Assembly (NCBI GenBank): GCA_041690355.1
Contig: JAWLHK010000004.1
Span: 1-64,000 of the forward strand
DNA from: a bacterium
GTDB lineage: Bacteria > J088 > JAWLBW01
Direction of reading: 5' to 3'
DNA: 64,000 nucleotides
Shown here: one piece after another, positions 9,433 through 18,540 of the stretch
Layout of the letters: the number at the start of each line of letters is the position of its first letter
Position numbering within the stretch: position 1 is the stretch's first letter
Made by a program: the position numbers and the translations under genes
Notes under the pieces: generated by a model
The model's input: the letters and a program-made list of their open reading frames with translations, nothing else
What the model was told of the DNA's origin: nothing
Database searches by the model: none

Positions 9433-10440
9433 GTGTTCGCGATGGATGTAAAGAAGGCCGATAAGCTTCTGATGCGATTCGAAGAGGGGCGCGTCCTCGT
9501 CGTCGGCGACGTGATCCTCGACGAATTCCTGTATGGAAGCGCCGAGCGCATCAGCCCCGAGGCCCCGGTGCCCGTCGTCGAAATCCGCAAGGAAACGATG
9601 CAGCTCGGCGGCGCCGCCAACGTCGTCAACAACCTGGCCGCCCTCGGCGCCCGCGCCGCCCTCTGCGGGGCCATCGGCAACGACGAGGCCGGCACGAAGC
9701 TGCTCAAGCTGCTTCATGAACTCAACATGCCGACCGAGGGGGCCATCGTCGAAATCGGGCGCCCCACCTCGGTCAAGACGCGCGTCATCGCCGCCAACCA
9801 GCAGGTCGTGCGCTTCGACCGGGAAGATCGCCGGGCGCTCACCGACGCACCCTTGCGCAAACTGCTGAGCTTCATCAAACGGGCCCAGAAGAACTTCAAC
9901 GCCATCGTCGTCAGCGATTACGGCAAGGGGGTCGTGTCGCGCGAGCTGGTCGATGTGCTCATCGGCGTGGCGAAGGAGCGGGGCATTCCGCTGCTCGTCG
10001 ACCCCAAGCCGCAGAACGCGGCCCTCTTTCACGGCGCCACCGTCATCACGCCGAATCTCAAAGAAGCTTCGCAGATTCTCGGCCGCCCCCTGACGACCCC
10101 CGAGGAGATCGAAAAGGGGGGCGAATCGCTGCGGCAGCAGCTGGCGTGCGAAATGCTGCTCGTCACGCGCGGCGAACAGGGGATGAGCCTGTTTCGCGAA
10201 GGGCGCAAGCCGCACCACATCGCCACCCGCGCCCGGCAGGTCTATGACGTGACCGGCGCCGGCGACACCGTCATCGCCAGCTTCACGCTCGGGCTGCTCT
10301 CGGGGGCCCAGCCCGAGGAGGCGGCCGAAATCGCCAACCAGGCCGCCGGCATCGTCGTCGGCAAGCTGGGGACCGCGACGACGAGCGTGGGGGAACTGCG
10401 CGACGCCATCGGGCAGGCGCGCCGGGAGAAATCCGCATGA
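9433..10440 (+). CDS. rfaE1: D-glycero-beta-D-manno-heptose-7-phosphate kinase
   Basis: VVGDVILDEF, RISPEAPVPV, GGAANV, SDYGKG, DVTGAGDTV. Confidence 0.92.
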   Translation: MFAMDVKKADKLLMRFEEGRVLVVGDVILDEFLYGSAERISPEAPVPVVEIRKETMQLGGAANVVNNLAALGARAALCGAIGNDEAGTKLLKLLHELNMPTEGAIVEIGRPTSVKTRVIAANQQVVRFDREDRRALTDAPLRKLLSFIKRAQKNFNAIVVSDYGKGVVSRELVDVLIGVAKERGIPLLVDPKPQNAALFHGATVITPNLKEASQILGRPLTTPEEIEKGGESLRQQLACEMLLVTRGEQGMSLFREGRKPHHIATRARQVYDVTGAGDTVIASFTLGLLSGAQPEEAAEIANQAAGIVVGKLGTATTSVGELRDAIGQARREKSA

Positions 10441-11465
10441 GCGCCGCAGCGGTCCGCGAGCAGATCCGCGCCGCCGTCGATGCCGGCGCCACGTTCCTCA
10501 TCACGTCGGCAACCAAACCCGACGGCGATTCCATTTCGGCGCAGCTCGCCCTGCGGCGCCTGATTCGCGACTACCGGGGCGACGTGCGGGTCGACATCGT
10601 GAACGAAGTGCCCGCGCCGCAGCGCTACCACTTTCTCCCCGGCATCGGCGAGATGAAGACCATGACCACCCCCGGTCTGCTCGAGCGCTACGACGTCGGC
10701 ATCACGGTTGACTGCAGCCCCGAGCGCATCGGCAGCGTGCGGCCGCTGTACGACCGATCGGGTACCCGCGTGACGATCGATCACCACAAGGTGCGCACCG
10801 AGGGAGGGGCCGAAATCAACCTGGTCATCCCCACGGCCAGCTCCACGGCCGAGGTCATCTTCGGTTTCGTGCAGGATCAGGCCTGGCGCACGCGGCTCGA
10901 CGCCGATCTCGCGGCCGTTCTCTACACGGGAATCATCTTCGACACGGGCGGCTTCGCCTATAAACTGACGACGCCGGAGACGCACCGGATCGCGGCGCGC
11001 CTGCTCGAAACCGGCTTCGACTTTCCCCGCGTGGCCGAGCGCGTGCTGCTCGTGCGCAGCTACCCCGCGCGCATGCTCACCGCCCGCATCCTATCGACGC
11101 TGCGCCGCGAGGCCGGAGGCTCCATCGTCGCCAACGTGGTCACGCAGGCGCTCATGGACGAAGTGGGGGCCAACGCCGAGGATCTCGAAGGGCTGGTCGA
11201 GCAGCTGATCTTCACCGAGGGGGCCGAAGTCGCCGTGCTCGCCATCGAGCTTGCCGACCGGGACTTCAAGTTCTCGCTGCGCTCGCGCGGCCGCATCGAC
11301 GTGGCGGCGCTCGCGCGCGGCCTGGAGCCGCGCGGGGGGGGGCACGACCGCGCCGCCGGCTGCAATCTGGAAGGTAGTGCCGACGAGGTGCTCGAACTCG
11401 TGATCGGCCGCGTGGCCGCCGGACTCGCCGACGCAGAACCTCCTGTGCGCGCGCGCAACGCCTGA
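10437..11465 (+). CDS. DHH/DHHA1 phosphoesterase (NrnA-like)
   Basis: PDGDS, IDHH, DTGGF, SLRSR, GGGHDRAAG; ATGA overlap. Confidence 0.88.
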   Translation: MSAAAVREQIRAAVDAGATFLITSATKPDGDSISAQLALRRLIRDYRGDVRVDIVNEVPAPQRYHFLPGIGEMKTMTTPGLLERYDVGITVDCSPERIGSVRPLYDRSGTRVTIDHHKVRTEGGAEINLVIPTASSTAEVIFGFVQDQAWRTRLDADLAAVLYTGIIFDTGGFAYKLTTPETHRIAARLLETGFDFPRVAERVLLVRSYPARMLTARILSTLRREAGGSIVANVVTQALMDEVGANAEDLEGLVEQLIFTEGAEVAVLAIELADRDFKFSLRSRGRIDVAALARGLEPRGGGHDRAAGCNLEGSADEVLELVIGRVAAGLADAEPPVRARNA

Positions 11466-11471
11466 GCGTCC

Positions 11472-11864
11472 ATGCGCCCGCCCCTTCGCCTGGCGCTGTT
11501 TTCCGAGGTCGACATCCGCGACGCCGCCCGGGCCGTCGTGCGCGACAGCCGCACCCGCATGAACCGGGTGCTCGACTATGCGCACGAGGGCGACGCCGAT
11601 CTCGCCACCGACAATCCTTACGTGCGCCTGCTGCTCGATCTGTACCGCTTCGCCCGCAAGGGCGGTGCCGCCGAAGCAGACAACGCCGAGACGCAGCTGA
11701 CGGTGGCCCGGTCGGTGCTCGCCGATCCGCTGTATGCGCACCCCGATCCCGACAGCGCCGGCGGCCTCATCAGTCTGGTCTTTGCCGGCGCAAACGCCCG
11801 CCTGCGCATGCTGCGCGGCGAAACGCTCGACCCCGCGGAGCACGCGCTCCTGGAGGATGTATGA
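11472..11864 (+). CDS. Hypothetical protein
   Basis: Operonic spacing, ATGA overlap with the next gene. Confidence 0.6.
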   Translation: MRPPLRLALFSEVDIRDAARAVVRDSRTRMNRVLDYAHEGDADLATDNPYVRLLLDLYRFARKGGAAEADNAETQLTVARSVLADPLYAHPDPDSAGGLISLVFAGANARLRMLRGETLDPAEHALLEDV

Positions 11865-12403
11865 AACCGGTGTTCCCCCTGTTGGCCATGATTCTGCTCT
11901 TCGCGGCCACTCCGCTGCACGCCCAGGACTGGATGATGGAGGAAGAGGCCGCCGAACAGGACGGAGACTCCAATCGCGATCTCGAAGGGGGGGCGCAGAT
12001 TCAGTTCGGGCAGAACTGGGGCTGGTTCCGCGTGCAGGCCGGGCCGCGGTGGAACTGGGGGAACTTTTCGATGCGGCCGTACGGCGCCCTCGGTCTCGCC
12101 TTTCTCGAAGGGGTCGCGGGACAACCGACGACGCTGGGGGCGTACCTCGATCTGGATTATGCAATCCCCGTCGGCGGCGGCGCGATCGTCCTCGGGCCCG
12201 GCGGCGGCATCGGCGGCATCCTCGGGCTCCCCTCTCCGCTCCTCCAGAGCTACGTGCAGGCGGCGTACCGCTGGAACGGCAACATCATCGGCGTCCAGGG
12301 GATCCTCGGCAACGAGATTCCCTATCCGGTCACGGGAATCAACCGGCTGAACCTCACGGGAATCGGGCTGCGGTTCGAGTACGTGATCGACAAGGGGTGG
12401 TAA
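11861..12403 (+). CDS. Secreted, probable small outer-membrane beta-barrel protein
   Basis: Signal peptide ending LHA-Q; Gly/aromatic-rich alternating strands; GGAGG RBS. Confidence 0.65.
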   Translation: MKPVFPLLAMILLFAATPLHAQDWMMEEEAAEQDGDSNRDLEGGAQIQFGQNWGWFRVQAGPRWNWGNFSMRPYGALGLAFLEGVAGQPTTLGAYLDLDYAIPVGGGAIVLGPGGGIGGILGLPSPLLQSYVQAAYRWNGNIIGVQGILGNEIPYPVTGINRLNLTGIGLRFEYVIDKGW

Positions 12404-12406
12404 GGA

Positions 12407-12447
12407 CAGTCGTCAGTCGTCAGTCCTCAGTCTTCAGTCGTCGGTCC
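12407..12447. repeat. (CAGTCGT)x~6 heptamer tract between convergent genes
   Basis: cagtcgt cagtcgt cagtcct cagtctt cagtcgt cggtcc. Confidence 0.85.
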
Positions 12448-12454
12448 AGACAGG

Positions 12455-13783
12455 TCAGGCGGCGACGCGGCCGTCGGGCTCGATGCCGGCAATCATGTTG
12501 TCGATGACCGACTGGAGCACTTCATCCCATGCGTCCTTCATCAGCGCCCAGTCCTCGGTAAAGTAGTTCTCGAGCGTTCCCAGAAGCGCCCGCTTGACCG
12601 CCGCATAGTGTTCAGGCAGGACACCATAGGCCACGTGGCGGCGGCCCAGCTCCCGGATTCCAGGAAGGACGTCGCTCAGCCGGTTCAGGCTCTGGATAAC
12701 CGTCGTCAGCATCTGCACGAGCATGCGCGACTGCGACTGGATATCGCTGCGGAAAAGGTCCTGCAGCGCGGGCGTATCCGCAAAGAGGCGCTTGTAGAAC
12801 TCCGGTCCGAACTCGTACTTATCGTGCAGAATGCGCTCGAAGGACGACTGCACGAGCAGAATGGGGTCGTCCTGGCGGAACCCGATCATCGGGAACACGC
12901 GGGTCGGCGTCGTGCGCCCCTTGAGAATCGTCTCGTGCGGCGCTTCAAGGTGCACCGCATTCCCCAGCGCGTCGGCCACCGTCTCGGAGACGAGAATGTC
13001 GACCCCCAGATCCTTGGTGAGCGACTCGAGCCGGCTGGCCACGTTCACGGTATCGCCGATGACGGTCACCGGGCGCTTGCTCGGATGCCCGATGCGGCCC
13101 AGAATGGCGACGCCGTGGTGGATGCCGACCCCCATGCGGAACTCCGCATCGAACTCGGAGCGCAGCGCGCGGTTCAGGTGCCGCAGCGATTCGCGCATCC
13201 CCAGGGCGGCGCGCACGGCATTGCGGCAGGCGATCTCCGCATTGTTCTCGCGGATACCGAAGACGGCCAGCAGACCGTCGCCCAGATACTTGTCGATGTA
13301 TCCGTTGTTGCTCAGCACCGGCTCGCAGACGCGCGCGAAGTACCGGTTGAGCACGTGAACGACGTCATAGGGCAGGTGCGCATCGGAGAAGCGCGTGAAG
13401 CCGCGGATGTCGCTGAAGAGCACGGCAACCTTACGCTCCACGCCGGCCGCCATCGGCTCTTCGTTCAGGTAGATGGAGAGCACGTCTTCGCTCTGCTTGA
13501 CGAGGCGCTCGACGGTCACCGACCCCACGACCTTGGCCTGGCAGGCGAGGCGCGTGAAATCGTCCCATTTGCGGACTTTGGCGACAGCGCGCTCGATCTC
13601 GTTGCGCGGCGAGAGATTGTCGGCGCCGTCGAGCACGCGCACGCGGCAGGTCGTACAGCGGCCGCGGCCGCCGCATTCACGCATGTGGGGAATCTTGTTC
13701 CGCAACGAAACTTCGAGCAGACTGGTTCCCGGCTCGGCGCTGATGCACCGATCCTCGTCGTAGTATCGGATGGTAATTTCCAC
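12455..13783 (-). CDS. 2Fe-2S ferredoxin / class III adenylate cyclase / globin fusion
   Basis: CGGRGRCTTC...RLAC; FSDIRGFT, DKYLGDG, TVIGDTVNVASRLE; FYKRLF...DLF...LGRRHVAYGV; GTG start after GGGGAG. Confidence 0.88.
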   Translation of the reverse strand: MEITIRYYDEDRCISAEPGTSLLEVSLRNKIPHMRECGGRGRCTTCRVRVLDGADNLSPRNEIERAVAKVRKWDDFTRLACQAKVVGSVTVERLVKQSEDVLSIYLNEEPMAAGVERKVAVLFSDIRGFTRFSDAHLPYDVVHVLNRYFARVCEPVLSNNGYIDKYLGDGLLAVFGIRENNAEIACRNAVRAALGMRESLRHLNRALRSEFDAEFRMGVGIHHGVAILGRIGHPSKRPVTVIGDTVNVASRLESLTKDLGVDILVSETVADALGNAVHLEAPHETILKGRTTPTRVFPMIGFRQDDPILLVQSSFERILHDKYEFGPEFYKRLFADTPALQDLFRSDIQSQSRMLVQMLTTVIQSLNRLSDVLPGIRELGRRHVAYGVLPEHYAAVKRALLGTLENYFTEDWALMKDAWDEVLQSVIDNMIAGIEPDGRVAA

Positions 13784-13872
13784 GGCCGTCTCCCCGAAGC
13801 CTTGCGTTACACGGGCGATGCAGAAAGCTATAGCGTACCCGAGGACCGGCTCTCCGGTAAAGCGCGCGCAAT

Positions 13873-13997
13873 TCGTAACTCGAAGCTGGTGGCTCGTAGC
13901 GGGTGGCTCGTGGCTGGTAACGGGCCCGGGACTCGGCACTTGCTTCATTCGTCACTCGTCACTCGTCACTCGTAACTCGTAACTCGTAACTCGTAAC
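13873..13997. repeat. Two heptamer tracts: 7 degenerate units at 13873-13921; 3xTCGTCAC plus 4xTCGTAAC at 13949-13997
   Basis: Read directly from the sequence. Confidence 0.9.
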
Positions 13998-14039
13998 TCC
14001 CGTTGACGCCCCGCGGCAACCTGATCTATGATTGGCCCC

Positions 14040-14327
14040 ATGCGGTCAGAGCTCGAACAGCTTCTGGCGTTGCACCAGCGCGTCCTGGCTCAGGTCCGGA
14101 ATGTCCGCGGTACGGCCGAACTCTCGATGATTCTCGAGCACGATGCGGCGCTGCGGCGGGTGGCCGACGCGCTCCACGCCTTCCTGAATACCCACGCACC
14201 GCGGCAGAGCCCGGACACTCGGCGCACCATGATTCGTACGCTGGCCGAAACCCGGGCGCTGGTGGCGCAGGGGCGCACGGCAGCCCGGTGTGCTGACTCG
14301 GCGACCCGCAATCACGCCGCCGGCTAA
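14040..14327 (+). CDS. Small helical hypothetical protein, probably leaderless
   Basis: TTGACG(14003)-18-TATGAT(14027) promoter 7 nt before the ATG. Confidence 0.55.
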   Translation: MRSELEQLLALHQRVLAQVRNVRGTAELSMILEHDAALRRVADALHAFLNTHAPRQSPDTRRTMIRTLAETRALVAQGRTAARCADSATRNHAAG

Positions 14328-14559
14328 CCGAATTCCACAGACAGTGCAATCCACCGCCCTGAGCACCCGCCGAGGCCCGGGGGATTGCTATGTAAACCCG
14401 TTAGGATGGAGAGAGGAGCAGCAGCTCCAACACACATCGTTCCGCCGTTGGCAAGGGGGGGTCGCCGCCCCCTTTCGCACCCTGTTCCGGGCACGGGCCG
14501 CCTGCGCTACCCTGCAGGTGAACAGGGCAACCTGTGTCATCCAACGAGAGGAGAGAACG

Positions 14560-14643
14560 ATGCAGAAACCAATCCTGACCAAAAAGCGTGTTTCCCGTAT
14601 TACCCTGGTGACGCCGAACGAAACCGGGGAGACGGGACTCTAA
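14560..14643 (+). CDS. 27-aa peptide MQKPILTKKRVSRITLVTPNETGETGL
   Basis: GAGGAG RBS; TTCCGG-17-TACCCT upstream; GCGGGGGATC/GATCCCCCGC hairpin just downstream. Confidence 0.5.
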   Translation: MQKPILTKKRVSRITLVTPNETGETGL

Positions 14644-15221
14644 GCCCGCGGCGGGGGATCGCTCCGGAAGGTGGGATCCCCCGCTTCTCCCCGTGCATCC
14701 GCTCGGCGTTTCGCGACGAGCGCAAGACGTAAGGCAAACAGGACGAGCGCGAAGAGCCCGAGGCCCAGGCAGGCGGCGTGCAGCGTGCCGAGCGGGACGG
14801 CGTCGAGCCATGGGTTCCCTTCGGCCAGCGGGCGGAAAGGATCCATATCCGCGTGCATGATCGCGTCCAGGAGCACGTGACTGAACCCGCCGAACAAGGC
14901 GGCGGCCGCAGCTGCCGGCAAGGTCACGTCCGAATCCAGATCGAAAAGCTCCTACATGCGCCTCGAAAGGTGCGGCCGCAACCGCCCGAGGAATCCGTTG
15001 GCGAGCGCCGGGCCGAGCAGCATTCCGCCCAGGGCCACCAAGCCGGCGCCGGCGAAGGTATGCAGGAGCCGGTGCACCGGCCACGATCCCTGCACGAGGA
15101 AGTAGAGCGACTCCAGATCGATCGCCACCTGGGTCAGCCCGAAAACGATCAGGCTGAAGTGTTTCGGGGCCGCCGCTTTGGCGAGCGCTCCGGGACCGAA
15201 GTGGAAAGGGGTTACGGGCAT
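14640..15221 (-). pseudogene. DUF4184-like membrane metal-dependent hydrolase interrupted by an in-frame TAG
   Basis: MPVTPFHFGPG...DLE...HRLLHT, TAG at 14952-14954, same frame continues to SHVLLDAIMHADMDPF. Confidence 0.8.
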
Positions 15222-15353
15222 GGCGTCGACTGCATCAATCGCCACATCAGCGCGGAAAGGAAGCCTGTCGCGGGCGCACCAGGTAGACCACCCGCAGCCC
15301 TCCCCAGAAGGAGGCCATGCCTACCTGCGTGGCCATACCCATCTCCTTCAGGC

Positions 15354-15893
15354 TCACCGTTTGACCCGGTACACGCTCTGCACGAATCCGAACGGCCAGG
15401 CCTGCGTCGAAACGTGCGCAAAGCGGATGTCCTGCGCAAGCGGCCCGAAGAGCGGTATCCCCGCGCCGATCAGCACGGGGATGCGGGTGATCGTCAGGTC
15501 GTCAATCAGCCCCGCTTCCAGAAAGCTCTGGATCGTGCGGCCGCCGTCGATGTAGAGCCGCTTCATCCCCGCCTTCTCGAGCCGTTCCGTCAGCGCGGCG
15601 GGGCGCTCGTCAGAAAGCGCCACTGTCGCGGGAAGCCCGGGCGGCAACGCGCGCAGGGTCCGGCTCAGGACGATGACCGGCTTGTCGCCATACGGCCATT
15701 GCGGAAACGTCGTAACCAGTTCGAACGTCTTGCGCCCCATGACCAGCGCATCCACCGACGCCATGAAGGCGGCGTACCCGAAGTCCTCGCCGGGAGGAAC
15801 GGCCTGGTTCGCGGCTTCGAGCCAGTCGATGCCGCCGTCGGGGCGGGCGATGAAGCCATCCAGGCTGGTGGCAATATAGACAGAACACTTCAT
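15354..15893 (-). CDS. Dihydrofolate reductase/RibD C-terminal family protein
   Basis: YIATSLDGFIA, MGRKTF, YIDGG, PVLIGAGIPLF. Confidence 0.92.
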   Translation of the reverse strand: MKCSVYIATSLDGFIARPDGGIDWLEAANQAVPPGEDFGYAAFMASVDALVMGRKTFELVTTFPQWPYGDKPVIVLSRTLRALPPGLPATVALSDERPAALTERLEKAGMKRLYIDGGRTIQSFLEAGLIDDLTITRIPVLIGAGIPLFGPLAQDIRFAHVSTQAWPFGFVQSVYRVKR

Positions 15894-15994
15894 ATTGACG
15901 ATTTACAACTTACGATTGACGATTTGCCGGAGCGGGCTGTGACTCCCCATGTCCTTGCCTGTTCGGTGCTCAGCGCTTGGCGCTCGGCGCTTGT
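15894..15994 (-). repeat. ATTGACG-type heptamer tract plus an inverted solo copy of the CAAGCGC module found at 31-34 kb
   Basis: Reverse complement of 15945-15993 reads caagcgccgagcgccaagcgctgagcaccgaacaggcaaggacatgggg. Confidence 0.85.
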
Positions 15995-16114
15995 CTCCGG
16001 ATCGCACCACGCATCAGGATACCAGAGCGGCGGCTCGGTTTCCGGTTCGGGCGGAATACCAGTCCCCTGTTAGAATGAGGACTTTCCCCGTTCCTCTTCT
16101 TGTCTGAAACCGCC

Positions 16115-17197
16115 ATGCCCCGACTCCGCTTCTTTCTCCCGCTCGGCCTGTTGCTTCTGACCGCCTGCCTGCTCGAGCGCGTACCCGATTCCGCGCGCGA
16201 GTCCCGGCCGGCCTACGCGCCCGTGCCGGAACTGGTGGAACGTCTGGAGAAGCACGTGCACGTGCTCGCAACCGAGATCGGTCAGCGCAGTTATCTCGCT
16301 CCGGAGGGGCTCGCGCGCGCCGCCCTGTATGCGGAAGAGGAGCTGCGCCGCTTCGAAAATCCGCCGACGGCGAGGGTGACCGTCAGCACCTACCGCGTGC
16401 CCGCGCTTCCGGAAGAACGCCTGCACCGGTGCACGCCGGTGGAGTGCCCGGTCGGCGATGGCGCGCCGCCGGTCGAGACCCTCGAGTTCCGCAACATCTC
16501 GCTCGAGGTGCGCGGAACGACCCGCCCGGAGGAAGTCATCGTCGTCGGCGCGCACTACGACTCCGACGGCTGCGAGTCGGGCGGATGCAACCCGGGCGCC
16601 GACGACAACGCCTCGGGCACGGCGGCGCTCTTCGAACTCGCACGGCTTCTGCAGGATCGTCCGCTGGCGCGTACCGTGCGCTATGTCGCGTTCACGAACG
16701 AAGAGGAGCCGTTCTTTCACACCGACGCCATGGGGAGCCTCGTCTTCGCGCGGAACGATCAGCGGCCAGGCGAAAAGATCGTCGCCATGTTCTCGCTCGA
16801 AACCCTCGGCTACTACAGCGACGAGCCGGGAAGCCAGGATGTCCCGTGGATTCTCGATGCGCTCTTCAGCCTGCCGACCGTGGGGAATTTCATCACCTTC
16901 GTCGGCGACTGGGGATCCGGCGATCTCGTCAAACTGTCGGTGGCCGCCTTCCAGCAGACGGTTCCGCTCTCTGCCGAAGGCCTGATCACCTACAGCTGGG
17001 TCGAAGGGGTCGACTGGTCGGATCACTGGTCGTACCGGCAGATCGATGTTCCCGCCGTCATGGTGACCGATACGGCCCCGAACCGGAACCAGTGCTACCA
17101 CAAGCCCTGCGATACCGCTGACCGGCTGGATTACGCGAAGATGGCGCAGGTGGTCGAGGGAATGGCGGCGGTGGTGCGGGAGGCTGCGGGTCGCTGA
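16115..17197 (+). CDS. M28 family metallopeptidase lipoprotein
   Basis: LTAC lipobox, GAHYDS, GADDNASG, NEEEP, SDH, YHKPCD. Confidence 0.9.
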   Translation: MPRLRFFLPLGLLLLTACLLERVPDSARESRPAYAPVPELVERLEKHVHVLATEIGQRSYLAPEGLARAALYAEEELRRFENPPTARVTVSTYRVPALPEERLHRCTPVECPVGDGAPPVETLEFRNISLEVRGTTRPEEVIVVGAHYDSDGCESGGCNPGADDNASGTAALFELARLLQDRPLARTVRYVAFTNEEEPFFHTDAMGSLVFARNDQRPGEKIVAMFSLETLGYYSDEPGSQDVPWILDALFSLPTVGNFITFVGDWGSGDLVKLSVAAFQQTVPLSAEGLITYSWVEGVDWSDHWSYRQIDVPAVMVTDTAPNRNQCYHKPCDTADRLDYAKMAQVVEGMAAVVREAAGR

Positions 17198-17232
17198 TAC
17201 ACCACCTCCCGCCTGCGCTGGCGCGCATGGCG

Positions 17233-17292
17233 CCCTCCTCCTCCAGCGAGGAGGAGGGGGAAGTCCTGACAGTAGCACCGACCCCAGCGGGG
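17233..17292. repeat. REP-like hairpins
   Basis: CCCTCCTCCTC-cagc-GAGGAGGAGGG and GACCCC-agc-GGGGTC. Confidence 0.55.
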
Positions 17293-17397
17293 TCGCACTC
17301 TTGAGCCCGCGGAAGGGCATGCGCGCCGATCCTCCCCCAGGCCCGGAAGCGCCGGAACCGGCGCGCGCGGGTCGTTCTTCGCGGCACCCCGATCCGG

Positions 17398-18321
17398 TCA
17401 GGCGGTAACGGGCGCAGAAGATTCCGGACGGTACGCAACCACGTGGGCGCGCGGAACCCGCCAGGCACATAGTGCGCCGAAGATGCCGGTCGAAATCGAG
17501 ACCTCCCAGAAATGCGCGAGGCTGACCGCCGGCGGCATGAGCGGATTGGGGAACGCCAGCTGCACAGTCGGCAACAATCCGGCGAGGAGCCCCGCCAGCA
17601 GAACGAGTTCCCCCCTCGTTCCACGGAAACCGCGGAAGAGGGGGAGCAGACAGGCGAGCCAGAGCCATCCGCGGAAGTACTGAAACACGGGGCTCTCGGG
17701 TTTTCCGATCAGCGCGGCGGTCATCTGATCGCCGAAGGAATTGAGTTCCGCCGGGCCACCATAGAAGACGCGAACCTCCTGCCACTGCCAGGCCACGAAG
17801 TAACCGAACAGGAAATAGAGCACGGCGTAGACCCCCGCCAGCCAGGCGCCTTCGCGCACGAGCGGCTCTGCAGGCGCCGCGAACGCAGATTCCGGGCGCG
17901 GCTTGCGGCCGAACCCGCCCGACAGCGCCGTGACCGCCAGCGTGAACAGCAGCGAGGTCAGCCCGCCGCGCAGCACGAGCATGTACAGCTCGAAGCTCCC
18001 GTGCAGCAGGGGGAAAGCGGGGAGGAAATATCCCGTCTCAATCTGGGTCTGCAGCGTCTGCAATCCGAAGTGGACCAGGAAAAGCTGCCGCCACAAAGCC
18101 GCCCCACGGCGGGGCGAGCGGCGTGCCATCCAGAGCAGGAGTGCCGCGTTGGCCACCGCATTGACCACCGTGGCGGCGCCCAGCGAGAGAATGCCGGTCT
18201 TCGGCGTCGCCGCAAGAATCGCCTCGGACATCGGGAGCAGCACCCCGGCAAGCGTGAGGCTGACGACAAAGGAGACGGCGGCCGCTGCGAACAGGGCCAG
18301 CGAGGCGAGAATCTTTTTCAT
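17398..18321 (-). CDS. Multi-pass membrane protein of unknown function
   Basis: GGAG RBS, about eight hydrophobic segments. Confidence 0.75.
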   Translation of the reverse strand: MKKILASLALFAAAAVSFVVSLTLAGVLLPMSEAILAATPKTGILSLGAATVVNAVANAALLLWMARRSPRRGAALWRQLFLVHFGLQTLQTQIETGYFLPAFPLLHGSFELYMLVLRGGLTSLLFTLAVTALSGGFGRKPRPESAFAAPAEPLVREGAWLAGVYAVLYFLFGYFVAWQWQEVRVFYGGPAELNSFGDQMTAALIGKPESPVFQYFRGWLWLACLLPLFRGFRGTRGELVLLAGLLAGLLPTVQLAFPNPLMPPAVSLAHFWEVSISTGIFGALCAWRVPRAHVVAYRPESSAPVTA

Positions 18322-18424
18322 ACACACTCCAGCATGCTGGAGCATACAGTACCACGAGAGCCTCGAATGCGGGTAAACCGCGCCAACTCGGGGGACCCTG
18401 CTCGGCCCGGCTATTTTTTTTGCG

Positions 18425-18471
18425 AATACCCAAAATTGCATATGCGGCCCCACCCGCCATGGTGCTACCGT
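18425..18471 (+). promoter_or_regulatory. Palindromic box copy 1 plus extended -10
   Basis: AATACCCAAAATTGCATATG (18425-18444), 21 nt, TACCGT preceded by TGn. Confidence 0.7.
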
Positions 18472-18540
18472 CAGGAATCCGAATCTCTTTAGGACCCGAA
18501 TCACTTAATCGGCAATACCATTTGCCGAAGGATAATGACG

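Noticed and set aside
14374-14388. Possible sigma54 promoter GG...TTGC
   Set aside because: GG-GC spacing is 11 nt rather than 10
14952-14954. Genome-wide TAG recoding or pyrrolysine
   Set aside because: TAG terminates many clear genes here (3646, 6100, 20976, 31085, 57814) and no pyl genes are seen
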